A stretch of DNA of 64,000 nucleotides from a bacterium (GTDB lineage: Bacteria > Hinthialibacterota > Hinthialibacteria > Hinthialibacterales > Hinthialibacteraceae). The position numbers were made by a program, and so were the translations under genes. Under the pieces are notes generated by a model. That model had not been told where the DNA came from. It was given only the letters and a program-made list of their open reading frames with translations, and did no database searches. The first letter of the stretch is position 1. Each line of letters begins with the position of its first letter. The stretch lies in the NCBI GenBank assembly GCA_963662285.2, contig CAXXMV010000002.1:64001-128000 (forward strand). The letters run 5' to 3'. This document shows, piece after piece, positions 60,633-64,000 of the stretch.

Positions 60633-61823
60633 ATGAATAGCACTTTATGGAGAAGCCTCTTTGTTGGATATATATGCGTGATCTGCTCAGCGCAAATATC
60701 TATTGCCGCTGAGAGAGGGATATGGGTAACGCGCTACGATTTTAAGACCGCCTCAGATATTACCAAAATAGCTGAAAATGTGCGTTATCTGGGAGCGACG
60801 CAGGTCTTTTTTCAAGTTCGGGGCAACGCAACAGTATGTTATCCCTCAAACATCGAGCCTTGGGCATGGGAAATGACCGGTGATTCTCCAAAAACCATTG
60901 GCAATGATCCCGGTTGGGATCCTCTTGCAACTGCATTGGAAGAAATACAAAAAAACGGCATGGAATTACATGCCTGGTTAAATGTCTTTCCCGGTTGGAG
61001 AGGCGCCATCCCCGCCCCTCGTGGAACCAGTCATCCCTGGGTTAATCATCGGTCATGGTTTATGATCGATCATCGCGGCGTTCTGCTTAGACCCTCTAGC
61101 GCTTTCTATTCCTTTATGTCTCCCGGTCATCCTCAGGTTAGAACTTATATAGCCTCAGTTTTTGGAGAAATCGCGAAAAAGTATCCTAAACTTGATGGAA
61201 TTCACATGGATTATGTACGTTATCCGGGGCGTAATGAGGTGGGACGCCTTAGAGACTTCTCTTACGATACAGAAAGCGTTAAGGCTTTTCAGCGCCAATA
61301 TGGCAAGAAGCCCCATTTTGATCAACCTGAATGGCAAAGGTTCAAGTGTGAACAAGTAAACGCCACTATAAAATCTATCCGCGAAGCTATTCGCCTCTCT
61401 TCGCCCACAATAGAATTATCCGCAACCTGTTTTGCTAACATCGATTCGGCTACAGAAGAAAAAGGCCAGGATCCAAGGGATTGGTTTGAAAAGGGTCTGG
61501 TCGACTGGGTAATGCCAATGGCGTATGAAAGAGATTCTAAAACACTGGTTTCACGATTAGAGAAATGGAATGAATTTTTTGATCCCAAATGGCGAAAACA
61601 GATGCTTGTAGGCTTAAATGTCGATTTTAATAAGGAATCCGAGATTCGGAGTCAATTGAGTTCTGTTCAGCAACAGAATTATGGAGGAGTGGCGGTTTTT
61701 GCGTATAATTCTTTATTCCCGAATCATAAATCTAATAATAAAGCGATAATGATTCGTGATCTGTGGCATGAAGAACAACTCAAAGATCTATTACGCAAAC
61801 CATCGGCGCCATCAATAGAATAG
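60633..61823 (+). CDS. Glycoside hydrolase-like family 10 (DUF187/YddW-like) protein
   Basis: RGIWV, FFQVRG, WDPL..LHAWLN, DGIHMDYVRYP and DWVMPMAY. Confidence 0.88.
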   Translation: MNSTLWRSLFVGYICVICSAQISIAAERGIWVTRYDFKTASDITKIAENVRYLGATQVFFQVRGNATVCYPSNIEPWAWEMTGDSPKTIGNDPGWDPLATALEEIQKNGMELHAWLNVFPGWRGAIPAPRGTSHPWVNHRSWFMIDHRGVLLRPSSAFYSFMSPGHPQVRTYIASVFGEIAKKYPKLDGIHMDYVRYPGRNEVGRLRDFSYDTESVKAFQRQYGKKPHFDQPEWQRFKCEQVNATIKSIREAIRLSSPTIELSATCFANIDSATEEKGQDPRDWFEKGLVDWVMPMAYERDSKTLVSRLEKWNEFFDPKWRKQMLVGLNVDFNKESEIRSQLSSVQQQNYGGVAVFAYNSLFPNHKSNNKAIMIRDLWHEEQLKDLLRKPSAPSIE

Positions 61824-61929
61824 AGCGAACCTCTATATCAACATCATAATCCGTCTGCTATTTTGACGCACCAGGTTTTATCTATCGATCTAAATAAAAC
61901 CAATTAAAAAGCCTATCCAATAAACTATA

Positions 61930-63474
61930 TTGAAATTTTGTCGATATATATTGTATACAGCGATATATTACAGGGAAAAGTGCGCCCGGATTTCAAATGC
62001 GTATGCTCGGATTATGTTATTTAATAAGAAAATAAACAAAATTGTTTACGCCATATTTCTGTTGGCTGCGGGAATCGCAACCACCGGTTTTGCACTGTCT
62101 CCCAAAACATGGATTCAGGATATATCAAAGTTCTGGTCTCGCACCACGCCGAGCGTCGAAAATGTAACTTTTTGGGATTTTGAAAAAGAGGAAATGCGGG
62201 GTCTGCGCACATTTTTTTACACTATCCCTAAAGAACGGGTAAACCGTATGGTTGATCTGCGCCTGCATAATAAAATGGCGCAGTTTCTTTCTTATATCTG
62301 CCGTGATGTTATAACTTTAGACGATATAGAAGACATCTCCTTAAAAAAAATCGCTGAAGAGAAAATGACGCAGATAATCGATGAATGGAAATTAACCGGC
62401 CAGATTAACCCCAATACTCTTTTTTCTTCTCCTTATGGAAAAGAGGATCCAAGACCATTTATTGATATTGATATTTTAGTTCTTATCGAACGCATTCATT
62501 ACGATCAAGTCTGGCGGGGAGACAACAAACGCCTGGTCGTCGGCATCAGCGCCGTAGCTTTTGAGATGGACTTCGGAACCCCGGTTTATCAAGACAGAGT
62601 AATGGTTGAATCTCCCTGGTTTGGAGAAACAGGAAACTATGACAAAGCCGAACACGCCGCATTACTGCAAGTAGCCGATGCCATGGGGCAGCAGTTACAG
62701 ATTTTAGCTTCGAAGATTAATAGCACGCATGACGAACTGGAGCGGCAAAAAATCGCCGCCCAAAAAGAACAACAGGCTCTGTTTCTCGCTCAAGTTAAAG
62801 AAGAGGCTCTTTCTATTGAACAACTGGTTGAAAAAGCCGAAGAACTTGTCTCACAGGGAGAAGGACCAGAATCCATATTGCAGTCATTGCAAACCAATGC
62901 CAATGAGATTAAACCTTTACTAAAGAAAAAAACCAAACAAGAAGCCTTGTTCCCTTCATCAAAAAAGAAAACCCTTAAAACTGAGCCTAAAGTATCTAAA
63001 AATCTCTCCCCGGAGGATTTAGAAAACCGCAGGTTACTATCTCAATCCTTACAGGATAATCTACAAGCATTAGACGACTGGAAAACAGCAGAGGCGGAAA
63101 GAATTAAACAAGCAGCAATTGCAGCGCAACCATCATTAAAACAAGAGGGCGTAAATATTCCAGGTAAACCACAAGACGCCCAATCACTGGCTCAGAACGC
63201 TATACCTAGTGATCAATTAATCGGCCTCCCCAAAATCGATTATCCCAAAGGTAATTTATTTGACCGGGGCTGGCTGCTTCCATCACAACGCGCTCTGAAA
63301 CCCGGCTCTGTACCCATAATTCCAAACTCCATGACGATTGACCGCCCCGATATAGAGTCAACTGCCATACCACAAAACATCCCGGACTCATTCAAAAAAC
63401 TGCAAACGGGAAAGATGCCTCCTTTACCTACATCGGCTGACATCAAATCGTCCACTTCAGCAAATGCAAACTGA
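61930..63474 (+). CDS. Hypothetical secreted/periplasmic protein with coiled coil and low-complexity C-terminus
   Basis: Long ORF. Probable start about 62014 (MLFNKK) with a signal peptide. Confidence 0.65.
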   Translation: MKFCRYILYTAIYYREKCARISNAYARIMLFNKKINKIVYAIFLLAAGIATTGFALSPKTWIQDISKFWSRTTPSVENVTFWDFEKEEMRGLRTFFYTIPKERVNRMVDLRLHNKMAQFLSYICRDVITLDDIEDISLKKIAEEKMTQIIDEWKLTGQINPNTLFSSPYGKEDPRPFIDIDILVLIERIHYDQVWRGDNKRLVVGISAVAFEMDFGTPVYQDRVMVESPWFGETGNYDKAEHAALLQVADAMGQQLQILASKINSTHDELERQKIAAQKEQQALFLAQVKEEALSIEQLVEKAEELVSQGEGPESILQSLQTNANEIKPLLKKKTKQEALFPSSKKKTLKTEPKVSKNLSPEDLENRRLLSQSLQDNLQALDDWKTAEAERIKQAAIAAQPSLKQEGVNIPGKPQDAQSLAQNAIPSDQLIGLPKIDYPKGNLFDRGWLLPSQRALKPGSVPIIPNSMTIDRPDIESTAIPQNIPDSFKKLQTGKMPPLPTSADIKSSTSANAN

Positions 63475-63609
63475 ACTACGATAAAAAGTCCTTAAACATA
63501 GCTTAGCCAACGGTGTAAATTCCCTTACAACTCAAACTGCGGTAGAATACATTATCCAGCGTTTTAACAAACGCAAAAAAAAACTAACTTCAACTTTGCA
63601 GGTTTTTTA

Positions 63610-64000
63610 ATGCCTATAATTAATATGTACAAATCCACTCCCGGTTCATGTCTGTTATTAGCGATAATTGCATTTCTGGTTTACGCGCCGTCGCTGGGTG
63701 GAGAGTTTGTTTATGACGACAAAGCCATAACCGTCGAAGATAACCCCGCGCTTACCGGAGAAGCATCCATCCTGGAGGTTCTAGCCTGGGACAGGCCATT
63801 GCGTGAATTCACCTACATACTGGATCATGCGATATGGGGATTCAATCCGGTTGGCTACCATCTACAAAACATTGTGTGGCATTGCGCCAACACCATATTG
63901 ATCTTCTTGTTATTAATCCAAATCGGCATTAATCGACAGCAATCATTCTGGTGCGCCCTGATATTTTCCATACATCCCATAACCACCGAGTCAGTGGCAT
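63610..64000 (+). CDS. TMTC-like protein O-mannosyltransferase (GT-C), 5' part only
   Basis: Manual translation: LVYAPSLGGEFVYDD..WDRPLREFTY..NPVGYHLQNIVWH..IFSIHPITTESVA. Runs off the window. Confidence 0.82.
   Translation, partial: MPIINMYKSTPGSCLLLAIIAFLVYAPSLGGEFVYDDKAITVEDNPALTGEASILEVLAWDRPLREFTYILDHAIWGFNPVGYHLQNIVWHCANTILIFLLLIQIGINRQQSFWCALIFSIHPITTESVA

Overview
Chromosomal window (moderate GC, AT-rich spacers) from a diderm bacterium (LptD, CpoB/YbgF). It holds mostly housekeeping, envelope and glycosylation genes: sucD, pckG, a stand-alone fusA, menG/ubiE, hflKC, rsfS, nikR with a His-rich Ni/Co transporter, BlaI/M56 modules, a PilGHI-like ABC trio, and several GT-C/Maf/CgeB glycosyltransferases. 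No rRNA, tRNA or CRISPR array was seen. The most notable content is intergenic. Two IS481-family elements, an IS481 end footprint and two IS4-type MITE-like elements all sit inside one family of CCCTCTCCC/GGGAGAGGG REP-like palindromes. The two divergent IS481 elements share an unannotated, covarying, multi-stem non-coding module downstream of the transposase, in opposite orientations. One MITE carries a decayed RAYT (HUH) fragment between inverted REPs that have outward-decaying tandem arrays. Also present: an ISAzo13 element, two isolated phage-structural-like genes (portal-like and tail/baseplate-hub-like) with no prophage around them, a missed 29-aa bL37-like ribosomal protein, and a probable ATA start for rsfS. 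All calls come from motif recognition by eye; no searches were run.
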